Shown here: piece by piece, positions 1-12,840 of the stretch
How the letters are laid out: every line of letters starts with the position of its first letter
Position numbering within the stretch: position 1 is the stretch's first letter
NCBI GenBank assembly: GCA_964106915.2
Contig: OZ066914.1
Reading direction: 5' to 3' (one strand)
DNA: 64,000 nucleotides
DNA from: Podarcis gaigeae
Lineage: Eukaryota
The notes under the pieces: model-generated
Told to the model about the DNA's origin: nothing
Databases searched by the model: none
What the model saw: the letters and a program-made list of their open reading frames with translations, nothing else
Position numbers and translations under genes: made by a program

Positions 1-975
1 TCTTACCATTGTGGGCGATTGGTGGAGCTGCATGCTAGGCCTGACTGCACCCTACGAATTAAGTTTGCATCTTTGGCCAGTTAACTCTGAACTTCCTTCC
101 CCTTCCCTTTTTTTGATGGCTGTCATGTGTGCTGTCTGAATTAGGATGGTAGGCATCCAAGCAAGTGGTTGGAATTACTAGAAGACCAGCATCTCAAAGG
201 GCCAATTATGTCCTTCCATGCTCCTCTTGTAATAGAGGCCAAGAGCTGGTTAGATCGCCATGGCTGCACATTGTTTTCTGTCCTCCTGCAAACTTCCAGT
301 GCTACACCAGCTTGGCTGCCTCCTTGTCATGTAGCTTCCATGTTAGATATTGGCCACAGTGCTTCTGTCGGTGGAGCGCTCCATCTCTATTGTATCCTTT
401 GCTTGCCTAATAAAGCCCATCAGTGTCTTGGTACCCCCTGAATACACTCTGTGCTCTCACCTCTAGCAGTCAGTCATGTATCTGTATTGAGAACAGCTTA
501 TGGGTGCTGCTGCTTATGCTGAAGCTAATTGGATGCCTTGTGGTAGGAGTGGGGAACCTGTGGTCCTCCAGATGTTGGACTCCAGTGCCCATTAGCCATA
601 GCCAGCCTGGCCAGTTTTCGGGGGTGATGGGAATTGTAATCCAGCAACATCTGGAAGGCCGCCGGTTTTCCACCTTTGCCTTATGGCAAGTCTCTTTGCT
701 GACTCAGCAGAGGTCTTTGATGGCCAAGTGACCCCTGGTTGCGTGTTCTCCACTGGGGTCTGTATGCAGAGTTTACAGCTTTGCTTTTTGTTGCTGTTAT
801 CTTGCATTTTTGTTCTCATTGATGTTTATTGGGAGCAGGGCTGGGGTTTTTTATTTTTATTTTTACTGTGACATTAATTTACACACCCATGTTTATTTCC
901 TTCTAATGGTACCAATCTTGTATTTCACAGTTTGCACTTTTTGTACTTCAATAAAAACCCAAAGCCAATACCAGT
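1..975 (+). other. Probable 3' UTR end of the neighbouring + strand gene (ARHGAP1 by synteny), with a poly(A) signal
   Basis: AATAAA at 950-955 is followed by a GT/T-rich downstream element (TTTTGGTGTTTTTCTT). ARHGAP1 lies tail-to-tail with ATG13 in amniotes. No coding sequence is visible, so the gene identity is inferred. Confidence 0.5.
544..678. mobile_element. Short palindromic non-autonomous DNA element (hAT-like MITE, ~135 bp family)
   Basis: Inverted arms GGGGAACCTGTGG..CCTCCAGATGTTG and CAACATCTGGAAGGCC..GGTTTTCC. Related copies at 5821, 45077 and 48939. Confidence 0.7.
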
Positions 976-1689
976 TTTGGTGTTTTTCTTCAATGTGTTG
1001 TTCTAGAATCAGTCAACAAAAGAGACTGATTAGTATCATCCACCTGGTGCCTATACAACAATACAGTAAGTGGTGAAATGCATATCTAATCCCCTTCAGG
1101 GAGAAGGTTATTTGTTCATCCTTTGCCCAGTGTAGCACTGTCTGGTAGGTGTAAATTGATCATGGGACTTTTCCACCTTTTATTCAGGCTGTACTTTGTT
1201 ACATTACTTGCTTCATAGCTGTCTGTTATATACAGTAAACCTGCAGCTTGTGCTTGTTTTACTTGTGCAATCACCTTATGCAGATGAGGAATAGAGCTGG
1301 GGAAATCCTCCCCTGTGCATATTTATCCCGCACCCCACACCCCCAGCAGGGTATTCCTTGTTTACTGGGCTTAGGGAAGGGAGTGCATAATCTTGACTTT
1401 GAGTGAGGAACTGAACCCTCATGTAGACCCACTGTATTTAATATAGTATATTCATCTTCAACATCACTAGCACCAAGTTCCTAGTTTTAAGGTTTATTCA
1501 TCTTATGTTCACCAACCTGAACTCATAGCTGATCATTTCCCAGGCAATCATGTTCCCCCAAGTGAAAGCTGGTGAAAATCAATCTTTGCTAGATAATGGG
1601 TATGACAAATGTGTGAAGGGAGGATGTGGCCCTGCCTTTGACCCCCCCCCCCTTTTACTGGCTTTTGGTTTAAGAATGGCACTACCACC

Positions 1690-2080
1690 AACTTCTGTGT
1701 TGGTAACCTCAAGGCTTGATCATTCCAATGAACTTTCTGTGGCTGGCCCTTGGGCCTGATGCAGAACCTCCAGCTGGTGCAGATTGTGGTAGCTAGACTG
1801 ATGGGGGCACATGGCTGACAACACTAATTAAAACATTTACACTGGTTGCCTGTTAATACAAGGATGTTGAACTTGGCTTGGTAGTTAATTTACAAAGACC
1901 AAACAACTTGGGCCTGAGGTACCATTTGGGACCATCTGAACCAGCTCAACTACTGAGTGCCTCTGTAGGCACATTGCTGGTCATCCCCTGGTATGGCTTA
2001 TTTGACACCAACAAGAAACCAAGTCTTTCATGCCATTGGCCCAATCCTGTGGAATACTCTTCCACTGGAGATTGAATAGG
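1690..2080 (+). mobile_element. Degraded L2-type LINE ORF2 3' fragment
   Basis: Translates to LVTSRLDHSN-like and LQLVQ..A.RL-like L2 motifs, plus CACTGGTTGCCTGTT (HWLPV). Confidence 0.6.
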
Positions 2081-2449
2081 TATATTTTTATATGCATAAT
2101 AAGAAAAACACTGTCTGGAATATAGGTAGTTGATGACCTGTGATTTTAAATGTTTTTATTGTGTATATAGAATTGCTGTAAAACATGTTGATTTTTTAAA
2201 AAATGAAATTGTATTTCAGTAACTAAAGTAGTTGAAGAGTTAGCATTTTCCAGCAGCTCTACCACTTATCTCTTTAAAATAAGACTTTTCACTAGGCCTC
2301 TGGCTGACAGCTCAAGTAAGTTACATAACATTTTTATTGGAAAGTATATGAATACATGTTGAAGTAACTCTTGAAAATTAGTTCCAAAGAAATATAATTG
2401 AGGACCCTTTTCCTTTCAACCAAAACACTTGTAAATTATTAGCTGTGTA

Positions 2450-2669
2450 CAGTGGTACCTCGGGTTACAGACGCTTCAGATTACAGACTCTGCTAAGGCA
2501 GAAATAGTACCTTGGGTTAAGAACTTTGCTTCAGGATGAGAACAGAAATCGCGCAGCGGTGGTGCAGCTGCAGCAGCAGGAGGTCCCATTAGCTAACGTG
2601 GTACCTCAAGTTAAGAACAGTTTCGGGTTAAGAACAGACCTCCAGAACGAATTAACCCGAGTTCCACTG
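2450..2669 (+). mobile_element. Tc1/mariner (pogo/Tigger-like) MITE, family A copy 1
   Basis: Starts CAGTGGTACCTCGGG and ends CCCGAGTTCCACTG, with TA on both sides. Shares its body with four other copies in the window. Confidence 0.9.
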
Positions 2670-3257
2670 TATTCTCATTTACTGCAATAAAGTACCACAT
2701 AAGGAACAGTAAGATATCTATCTTTGAAAGTCTGAAAAAAACTGGATCCCCGTTCTACATTAGTAAATTAATATCTTGATCAGATCTAACTAAGGAATAA
2801 TTTACTCTTAAACTGAACCAAGTAGCAAGACTTGGAAAACCACAAAGAAAGCAGTATAAAAAACCCAGCAGCGCTGCATATTCCGTGCATAGAGGAACAT
2901 CTGTATTTATTGGGCCCTTCCATGGCAGTTCTGTGCAGATATATTGGTCTGAAGCAAATGGGACAGGCAGCAACTGGCTAACTTCCTTTAACTATTGCAG
3001 CATCTTGGCACGAAGAGGAGAAACTATACAGGCATTGCCATCATATGGAGAAACATCAGGGGGAAGCTGCAAAAAATAGTTGCGAGTGATCTAGTAACTA
3101 TAATTTGGCTGGTAGGGAGGCAAATGTCACTTGATCATTGCAGCGGGATCAGCCACTCTGCAAGTAACTAACCAGAGAGCAGGCAGATGTTCCCTTAACA
3201 GATTCTCTTGTCAGTGCACTAAAGCCAACTTATGTAGACATTATCTCCATAGCAGTA

Positions 3258-3503
3258 CAGTGGTACCATACCTCGAGTTACAAACGCCTCAGGTTACAAA
3301 TGATTCAGGTTACAAACTCCGCTAACATGGAAGAGTTACCTCAAGTTGAGAACTTTGCCCCAGGATGAGAATGGAAATCGTGTGCTGGCGGTGCAGCGGC
3401 AGCAAGAGGCCCCATTAGCGAAAGCACGCCTCTAGTTAAGAACAGTTTCAGGTTAAGAACGGACCTCCGGAACGAATTAAGTTCATAACTAGAGGTACCA
3501 CTG
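3258..3503 (+). mobile_element. Tc1/mariner MITE, family A copy 2
   Basis: TA-CAGTGGTACC ... GAGGTACCACTG-TA. Confidence 0.9.
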
Positions 3504-4554
3504 TACTATCATCATCAGCTGGTCTTGGGAAAACCATTGGTCACCTTGTAGGTCATTATAGGAATATAATTTCATTGTGCTATATTCCCGTCTGGCTAGA
3601 AGGATGAAGAATTCCCAAAGCACCTAACAAACCACAAAAGGCCCTGGATCAGACATTACACAGTTTGTGGCATTTTGCAAGAGACTTTTAGGGGTAGTTT
3701 TGATATTGATATTACTTCTGCCAAAGACAACTACCCAGGAGCACTTTAGGCCAGAGACTGGGGTTAGATCATGTTTTTTCATGGACCAGTGTCATGCAAA
3801 GGTATTGCCAGTAGGTATTGAGAGTTAGTAATGCAAAACAGCAACATGCTTGAAGGCAAGAAATTGGAGCTTCAGCTCATTTCTGTCCAGCAGTAGGGGT
3901 GAGAAACCTAGAGAGGTTACATGGTTAAATGATGGCTGTTGCCTAAAACAAACCAACCCCCTTCATCAACAAGAAATGGAACCATATACTTCAGGAAGTT
4001 AACATCTCATTACTTTAATCAGGAAACCATAAATGGTCCTTCATGTCCACAGTCATAAGAAATAGTTTATAAGATAACAGGTTGCAGGGAATGGTCTTCG
4101 GCATTTTACAGTACAATCCTAAGCATGTTTCCTCAGAATTAACTTCCACAGAGTTTAATGGGATTTACTCGCAAGAAAGTTTGCACAGGATTGCAGTCTC
4201 AGCCTGGTTTCTAATGAAAAGGAAGAAAGAAGTTGTGCCCAGAGTCTAACTTATCCCTGAGCTGATGCTTAGTGTTGTTTTTCCTTCCCCATATTTGGTG
4301 AAGAACAGAGCAGGCAGATTAAACACATAGCAATGTCAGCCAATCACACTGCTTAATGGCTAAGTCATTACAAAAATAAACTTTTAGCCAATCAAAACCC
4401 CATCAATTAAAACAAGTACCACAAACTTCTTTAAAATGTGCTTGTCTGAAAAAGCTACTTTCTAACTACGTGCAGATCACAGCGAATGTATAAGCCTGTC
4501 AGAGACAATCATTTTAGAAACTTTCTACCAGTGCACTGCATCAACATGTGCATT

Positions 4555-4560
4555 TTTATT
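4555..4560 (-). promoter_or_regulatory. ATG13: Candidate ATG13 poly(A) signal
   Basis: TTTATT on + (AATAAA on -), ~1.1 kb downstream of the ATG13 stop codon. Confidence 0.5.
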
Positions 4561-5673
4561 TATGACATCCACAGACCCAACAGGGCAGAATGGAAATCGA
4601 GTCACCAGAAGAGATCACTTTGAAAGCATAACCATGTCTGTTTCTGAAAATAAGTATTATAGTTTACCCTGCAAACGGGAGTGGGGGAAATGACAGCTGT
4701 TTGGAACAACATACTTGCAGTGACAAAGGACAAAGCAGCCTATATGGCTACTTTACAAAGTGAAAGCATCCACATACAATTTTTTTAAATATAGGTTTCC
4801 TTTAGAGTAATAAATATTTCTTATTTTATGATAGAGCAGCAACATTTGAGGGGAATAGAGGAAAGAACTTTGGACTAAAGACCCCCCCCCCATTAAATAA
4901 CCCTAGAGAATTAGGATTCCTAATTCATATTTACACCTGCTGACTGTAAACACAGCCTACAAACTCTGGATCTTCTCCAAATGCCACAGACCATGCTTGT
5001 GGTCTTGGGAGGCAATATATTGACACACACCGTGTTGGCAGGTAATATACAAAAAACAATTATTTTAGCGTCTGTGGCTTACTTTGAAACTGCACTAGAC
5101 AATCAGGTCAGGCCCCTCAATTCTTGTTTCCACACAGATGTGCAACATTGTGTTTGCTTTGTTTAGGGCACCACTGGTGAAAAACGGCCCCTTGCCCTTA
5201 TGTTTTAGCTGCACTTGCTGAAGGCAAGCTGGTGTTTGAACCACGCTAGCAGAATCTACAGTGCTCACAAGACAGTTACATTTAGTTAGAGTTATTTCTG
5301 CTTGGCGTTACTGCAGATGCAGGGAAAAAGACTGTCCCCAGGAAACCAGATTGTAGAGCCCTGTTGAGGGAGGAAGAAGCATTGGTGTCTCTCAACATAT
5401 GAGAAAACGGAAGAAGAACGGGCCTTGATCTTGTTTCCTAATGCATTGTATTCAATACGAACTTCACACGGGTAGGAAAGCAAGTCACACTCTTCCCAAG
5501 GACTAGTTCAAAGAGATACAGACCACTGTTTCTGCACCTGAAGAGCAAAGCAATAGTGCCTACGAAATTGGGGGATGGGGCAGAACAAGACACTAAGGGA
5601 AGAAAGGCAGAATGCATGGGCTTCCTTTTCCAGGGTGTCTAAAAAGTTCAATGCTGCTGTAGAATAAGCCATT

Positions 5674-5751
5674 TTACTGTAAGGTCTCTACAAAGGCATC
5701 AAATTCTTTGACATTTTTCTCATGGACAGCCAGTTTATCTGGTAGAGAATC
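5674..5751 (-). CDS. ATG13: ATG13 coding exon 17 (last)
   Basis: [25 protein letters not shown]; CAG acceptor. Confidence 0.96.
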   Translation of the reverse strand, partial: DSLPDKLAVHEKNVKEFDAFVETLQ

Positions 5752-8700
5752 CTGTGAAGACAAAGAAAAATTATCAGTAGCTACATTAGCCAGTTCTTTT
5801 TTCTTTAACATAATACACAGCAGGTGTGGGGGCCCTCCAGATGTTGTTGAACTCCAACTCCCATCAGCACCAGCCAACATGGTCAATGGTAAGGGATGAT
5901 GGGCATGGTAGTCCAAGAGCATTTGAGGGACCACAGGCTCCTCACCCCTGAGACACAGGAATAAAAGAGGTAGTTCAAAAAACATAAAACAGAAAAGCAG
6001 AGTAAGGCATAATTAATAATAATGCTTTATCTGAAGACAGATTTGATTCAATAGATTCAGCACAACATTACTATCAAACTATGAAATGCTCTCAAGATTT
6101 CCCAACCTGTATGCACAGCTACCCTGGAAAGGAGTAAAATGCTGTAAACAGCATCTATCCAAGTCCATGGCTTGTTTGCAGCTGTGAAGGTGCATGAGAT
6201 TGTGGCCTCTGAAATTTGCTGGAGCAGCTTTAGGACAATAACACTTGTCAGCCTGCTGCTAACAGATGGCAACTTGCAGGGATTTTCTTTAAAAACCTTT
6301 TGTACATTTTACAGAGTTTCAGAGGCAAAAACAAACATGTCATTAACCATGAAGAGCATATGATCTATAATAAAGCAGAGAAAACAAAAGGGAGGGAGAG
6401 AAGAATGTGAGCAAATGCAGTCAGACTTGCTCGGCTACAGTTGGGAATGAAGACTGAAGAGTTAAGACAAAGACCTCATGGGAAAGATACAGTGGTGCCC
6501 CGCAAGACGAACGCCTCGCAAGACGAAAAACCCACTAGACGAAAGGGTTTTCCGTTTTGGAGGCGCTTCACAAAACGAATTCCCCTATGGGGTTGCTTTG
6601 CAAGACGAAAAAAATCTTGCATCCCCCCGCGGGTTTTTTTTTGTTTTTTCGCCCTTTTCTTAAGCCGCTAAGCCGCTTATCAGCTGTTCCGCTGATAAGC
6701 CGCTTAACAGCTGATCGCTGGAAGCCGCTTGACAGCTGTAGCGCTAATCCGCTAAGCTGTCAATGGGCTTGCTTCACAAGACGAAAAAACCGCTAGACGA
6801 AGAGAATCGCGGAACGAATTCTTTTCGTCTAGCGAGGCACCACTGTATGCTCAAGGGGCAGGGGGAGCACTGTGCTTAAGGAATCAGTTTTGCACATAGG
6901 AGAACATTTGAAGTTGTGACTGAGTGCAGGATACTGTCTGAGGGAGCTAAGGATGGTATAATTTTGAGGATGTAGGGAAGCAGGGAAAACACCTTGGATG
7001 ATCTTGTAACAACATATTTATGTTTTACTTCAAAACGTTACTTCTTCATATACTGTGCTTTATCTCAAGGAACCCTACAAAAACCCTGTAAGGCATGTCA
7101 AAATGATTATTCCAGTACATTTCGTGGGTGGTAACTGGGGCGGTCTAAGGTGTTGAGAAAGTGGCCTGCCTAAGGCCATGTATTTTTATAGCACTTACAA
7201 AAGATTTGAACTTGGCGCTCTGGCACTTTTGAGTTCACAGCACAGTTATCTAACACATTAAAGAATGAATGACCTGTTTGATCAGTCCTCTCAAATAAGG
7301 CATATTTGGTTTATGTATGGCAGGGAGCAATGTCCCTCAAACTGAAATCCCATTTTTGCATACCAGATCTTCTGCCATGGACTGAGCCCCAATATCAATG
7401 GAGAGGCTGCTAAGCTGAGGAGGATTCTGAAATTCACGGTAGAATGTTCCAAGGTCTATTGGGAGAATGTCATCCTTAGAAAATGCCGGTTTCTAGAATT
7501 AAATGGACAAATATCAGTCAGCTGTACATTGATAACACAACAGTGCTCTGTTCGATCATCATCTGATAATGTATTTAACCACTGTCAATGAAATGCATTC
7601 CATTGTTTCACCCAACAACAGCACAAGGTACAGCATATAGTAGAACATGTTTTCATCTTTCTCCTATCAAAATCGGTCATCTGGCTATTCTCTGGACTGC
7701 AGGTGAACCTTTAGTTTGTAGTGTGTGGTGTTATATTGCTTTTACTATTTTTGTTGGGAGCCGCCCAGAGTGGCTGGGGCAACCCAGTCAAATAGGCGGC
7801 ATATAAATAATAAATTGTTATTATTATAACCTGTGTTGTAGACCACCTTCTTAGATACTGCTCTTTGCTCATGTCACCCTATAGTCTGAGTGATGTAGAG
7901 AATTTGCTGAGATTGATTTGGGGTGATGGTTTGTGAAAAGGGCCACTTTTGGACAGAAGGCTGCATCAAATAGCCTTTGCGTTCTACTCCTATGAGTAAA
8001 ACCCATCATGGGTTCTTAAGAATAAAAGTTTCAGGTCTCTCAAAAGGGTCCAGCATGCTGGAATTCCTGCAAGCTCAGTCTCTCAATATTTTGGGAGGCC
8101 ACATCAGTACACTTCTGCTTTTTAATGAAATAATATTCAGAGCCATTTGCCCCACATTGGTTCTGTGAAGATGCCTTTTCCCAAGGATTTTCATATATTT
8201 TAGCATTTCAGTTCTGCTTCAGACATCGAGGCGAAGGTTGTATGTGTATGTAAAGGGCTGCATCAACTTACAAAATCAACCATAACAAAATCGTCATGGA
8301 TGTTCCCATTGCTGCTGCCACTGGAGCCCACTGAGTGTAGGCTGCCCTGGAGGGGAGACTCTATTTCTGGAGAGTCAGGAGGATTCACCTGTTGAAGAGA
8401 TCCAAGTGTCAGACCAACATACCCAAACACTGGCATGAGGGAATTAAATGGATGCTAAAAGTTACGTTTTTCAGTCAGAAAGCACAAGCATGCTAATGGC
8501 TGGGTTAGGAAATTCAGACCCACTCAAATCTGAGAAGGCAGGACTGAGCAAGACTGGCATTTCTTACCATGGGGTCATTATCTTCTGGCTCAATGTTCTT
8601 GGGAGCAAACATAGCAAAAGGAATGTCCAAACTGGCCATGGTCACCTAGAAAGGATCAAAAGACAGAATCCCAAATGTTCAGTCAAATGCCGCTCCTCTT

Positions 8701-11700
8701 ACCCAGCATGCAACACAGCACTGTGAATCTTCAAACTATGATCAACTAATGTTCAAAGAAGAAAGAAATAGAAAGGCTGCTGTTGTTTTCTGCCTCCTGT
8801 GTCAAGGAAGAGGATATTCCTTGTGTTTTTTCTTTCCTAAAGAACAGCACATCATAGAATTTCAGAGCTGGAAAAGATCTTGTCCAACCTCTTGCTCAAT
8901 GCAAGACTTGCAACCACCATATTTCTGACACAAAGTCTCCAAGAGCAATGAACTTAAATTACCTGGTTGATAGGTTTATTGACAAAGGCTCCCACCTTCC
9001 GCACAAATATTGTCTCCCAGAGATCATGTGGGGACCCACTCTTTCCTTCACTGCTGTTAGATACAGTTTCTGTGTCCTCACTGAGAGAGAAAAGAGAAGG
9101 GGTATTAATTGATTTCCTTTTGTTTTTCTTGCTCTGCACGAGCTCTGGAATGAAGCACTGGTACATGAGAGTGTATTATTTGTTTACCCATATGTTGTAC
9201 TGCAGGTACAAAAGGCAGTATTCTACACACAAAGGACAATGCATAATGTGTAAAAAGTATCAGCAAAGTTCATGGTGAATCAAAGTTATCTCAGTAGTCA
9301 TCCCAAGTAAAACTGAAAAGGCCCTCTCCTGGGTACCCACTTGCTGTATTTCAGATACTGGTGAAGGTGGTGATCCCAAAGGAAGGTATCCAAAGTGGAG
9401 TAGAAATCCTGGACAGACTCCTGATCATATCCCTCATTGATGCAGGTACAGGTGTGGAGAGGGAGATTACAGCCATATGAACAGGGGCACTACCCAGAGA
9501 TGGAATTCACGTGAACAGGCCCTAGACCAAATAGTGCCCCCTACACCTGTTCAGCTTTTGAAAGCCCTATTTTTTATTGCATTTGTATCCCATTTCATGA
9601 CTTTGAGGTGTAGTATGCATGGATGATTTATTCCTGTCAAATATGGTGATTAATTGGCACATGTGGATCTGTCAATCTGTATATATTGATATCACACATA
9701 AACATAAAAAACACTAAATTGGCTTCTTCTAAGCTTGTGGGAGCTTCCTAACATTAATTGAAATGTACTAACATCAAGAAATTGAACTGTACAGCAGTGC
9801 TGGCTGGACCAGTATTAAATAGTGTTACAGCTTATAGCCTAGCAAATGAATTATTATTTTTAAAACCTGTAGTAAGACTATGAATCACCATGGAGAGATG
9901 GAAAACTTACCTGCTAGCTGGAGTAACTGCAGAGTAGTGACCCCCATCCAAAGGGGTGCATGTGGCCATTCTCTCATGATCAGCCTGAGTGCCATGAACT
10001 GGTTGGCTAGGAATCAAGGGCACTCCTCCATCCTTCCCTGGAACCATCAACTGGAGGAGAAAGGGATAATAAAATTAGATGTTTTAGTATTCATTTAAAA
10101 AATCTCTAGGCTCTTTTATTTTCAAATGTATGGTTGCCTGACTCTCAATGATAGGTAGCTGACAGCTGGTTACATGTTATACTCATGATATGAGAAACAG
10201 CCTGGTTCTGCCTGAAGGCTTCCTACCAACAGGTAAAGAGAGCTGGAGAGGATCTCAGTCACTTACAATGAAGTTAAGACAGGGAGCACCAGAAGAAATT
10301 ATCAACTAAGGAGAGTGATAACCAGACATGACAAAGAAAGCTGGGCACTGGCCCCACATTCCCAACACTTGACTAGGATATCCTCCAGTTTTCTTTGCTT
10401 TATGGCAGAAAGCCTTCAAATTTCTTAATAGGCAAAGGAAGGCTGCTTCTCATGTTGCTCAGCTCTGACTGTACCCTACAAGTAAAATAATGGGGTAAGA
10501 ATGGATAGAGAAATATGTCAACAGTTAAGGAACAGAGTTAGCTATGAGACATATAAAATGGTCTCAAACCTCTAAGAATACCTGGTGAGGATGTGCAGCA
10601 CTCAAGCCGCCAGCAAAGACTACTGGGTAGGCCAGGTCAGCTGATCCAACTCCCAGGGCTGTAGGCTGATAAGAAAGACGAGAGCTGGAGAGCTAAGAAA
10701 TGAGAGGGGGAAAGGGAAAGGGAGAGAAAGGGAAAACCCCACACAGTCTGAATAATTTTCAGAATTACTGGAAAAGGCCAGGAAAAGAAATCAGATTTGC
10801 AGAATAAGATACTAGGCTGGAACTGAGGAAGTCTGAGCCACATGCACACACAAAACCAAACTAAACCAAACCAAACCAATCCTAGACATCTTTACTTAAA
10901 AGAAAAAGTTGCCACCGATTTCAATGGAACTTATTTTAAAGTTGTGTTTAGGATTACCAGGGACCACTCTCAAGCATGGATTTTGCTTAAAAATGATGCA
11001 CAACACCTACAAATGATGGAGATGGCATTCATATAGGACTGAGACGATAGTATGAAGTGTGTTGACGAATAACATGCTGGACAAGAGAGCAATTACTTAA
11101 AAGCTGTGTTTATTATTTGTTTTCTATGAGGTTTTTTAAAAATAACTGTTCTGTGTTTTTAATTGAAATGTTTTATTTATTATTGTTATACGCTACTTCA
11201 ACTTCCTATTATTTTCACTGCCTTTATTAAATAAATGCTAAAGAAGAAGCCTGGAAAACCATTGCTCTGACAGCAGACTCTAACTGTGGATATAGGTTCA
11301 TTGTCAAACAAATCATGTGACCAACTGCATGCCTCTCTTTGACTCTCACACCAAGAAGGGCAAAGCCCGAACATAAAGCCTCACATTCTGCATCTCAGTT
11401 ATAGAGGCAAAAGTTTCCAGAGCAGGCATTTTATAGTCCTCAATGTGAAAGCCTACCTCATAGCCAAAACCTTCCTCTGCTTAATATTTTAAAAATCTTT
11501 AAATTGTATATATAACCTAATAAACAATATCATTAAGAATACTACATCAAACCCTTAAAAGAACAGTTGTGTAAAAGCATATAAACAAACAAAAACAGGA
11601 TTTCAGGGAATTCAAACAAATAAAAACAGGACTGTTTTCAAAATGACTCAGGTAACATTAAAAAATAGAATCTATTGGTATCACACTCCCAAAGCACAGT

Positions 11701-12795
11701 CTGACACAGCTACAGAAATTGGACAGCAAAATATTAAATTCCTCACTGGGCTATCAGAAAGCTCTGGAAAAGAAACAGAAGAAATGGCTATGTGGAATAC
11801 TGGGCTCACAGTAATTAATTAATGTGCTCCATAAGCCAATGTCTAAGGCCAACTGTAACAAAATTAATCTGCTAGAATAAAATTGACTCCTGAGGTACAA
11901 TAACTGCTTCAGCCCTTTACAATGGTGACAATAAACTTTTAATTTCTTCAGAGGTGAAAAATACTGTTTATTTCCTGTCCCCATGTCAACTCAAGAAAAC
12001 ATACAGCAATTTCCAGAAAACTGTATTCCACGAAGCAATCAGTATTCTACAATTGCTGTATACAGTTTGCCCTGTGGTCTAAACTACATATTTTCATTGC
12101 TTCTTTGCAAATTTCCTGTTCAGCAATAAAGACAATAAATTTATAACTTCAGAGATGTTTGATTCATTTTCTTTTCTAAAAGGTAGTCAGTAACTGAACA
12201 GATTTTGCAAACGTCTAAGCACATTAAATTCAAATGCATGTTTTATTTTAGGCTAACCAGCCTAAAGAGCCAAATCTAAGGAAAATGATTTACTGGTTAG
12301 TGAAAAAATACTTTTGTCATGCACCTTCTTTATTTTAAAGGTGTTGTCAGGCCAAACATATTTTTTTCTGCTATGAACTCACTTGATGTGAAAAGGTCAG
12401 CCCCATCAAAGGGCCCTTCAATGTTTCCGTCACGACAGGAGGAGGGGTCTGAAAATGTGCTTTAGTGACAGTAAATACACACTGAACACAGACGCACAAA
12501 AGAAAACACAAAAGGAAAAGAAAGAAAAGGACTTCAGAAAGAAAAACTGAAAAGAGTTGGATAAAGTGAATGTTGGTGAGGACTGTGGCTACAGCTATGA
12601 GAAACATTCATACATGTCAAAGAGTTGCAGAATTGCAGTTGAGCTGCATGCCTTATAAAGGGTTTAAAATGTCAGGAAACTGTTGTCCGCTTTTTAAAAA
12701 AAGTGTTCCTAGTTGTAGTCTTTATCAATGAATTCACTGCTGATCATATATAACCAACAGCCTGAAACTCTTTTCTAAAGTCAGATGTAGTAGGA

Positions 12796-12840
<45 letters not shown>

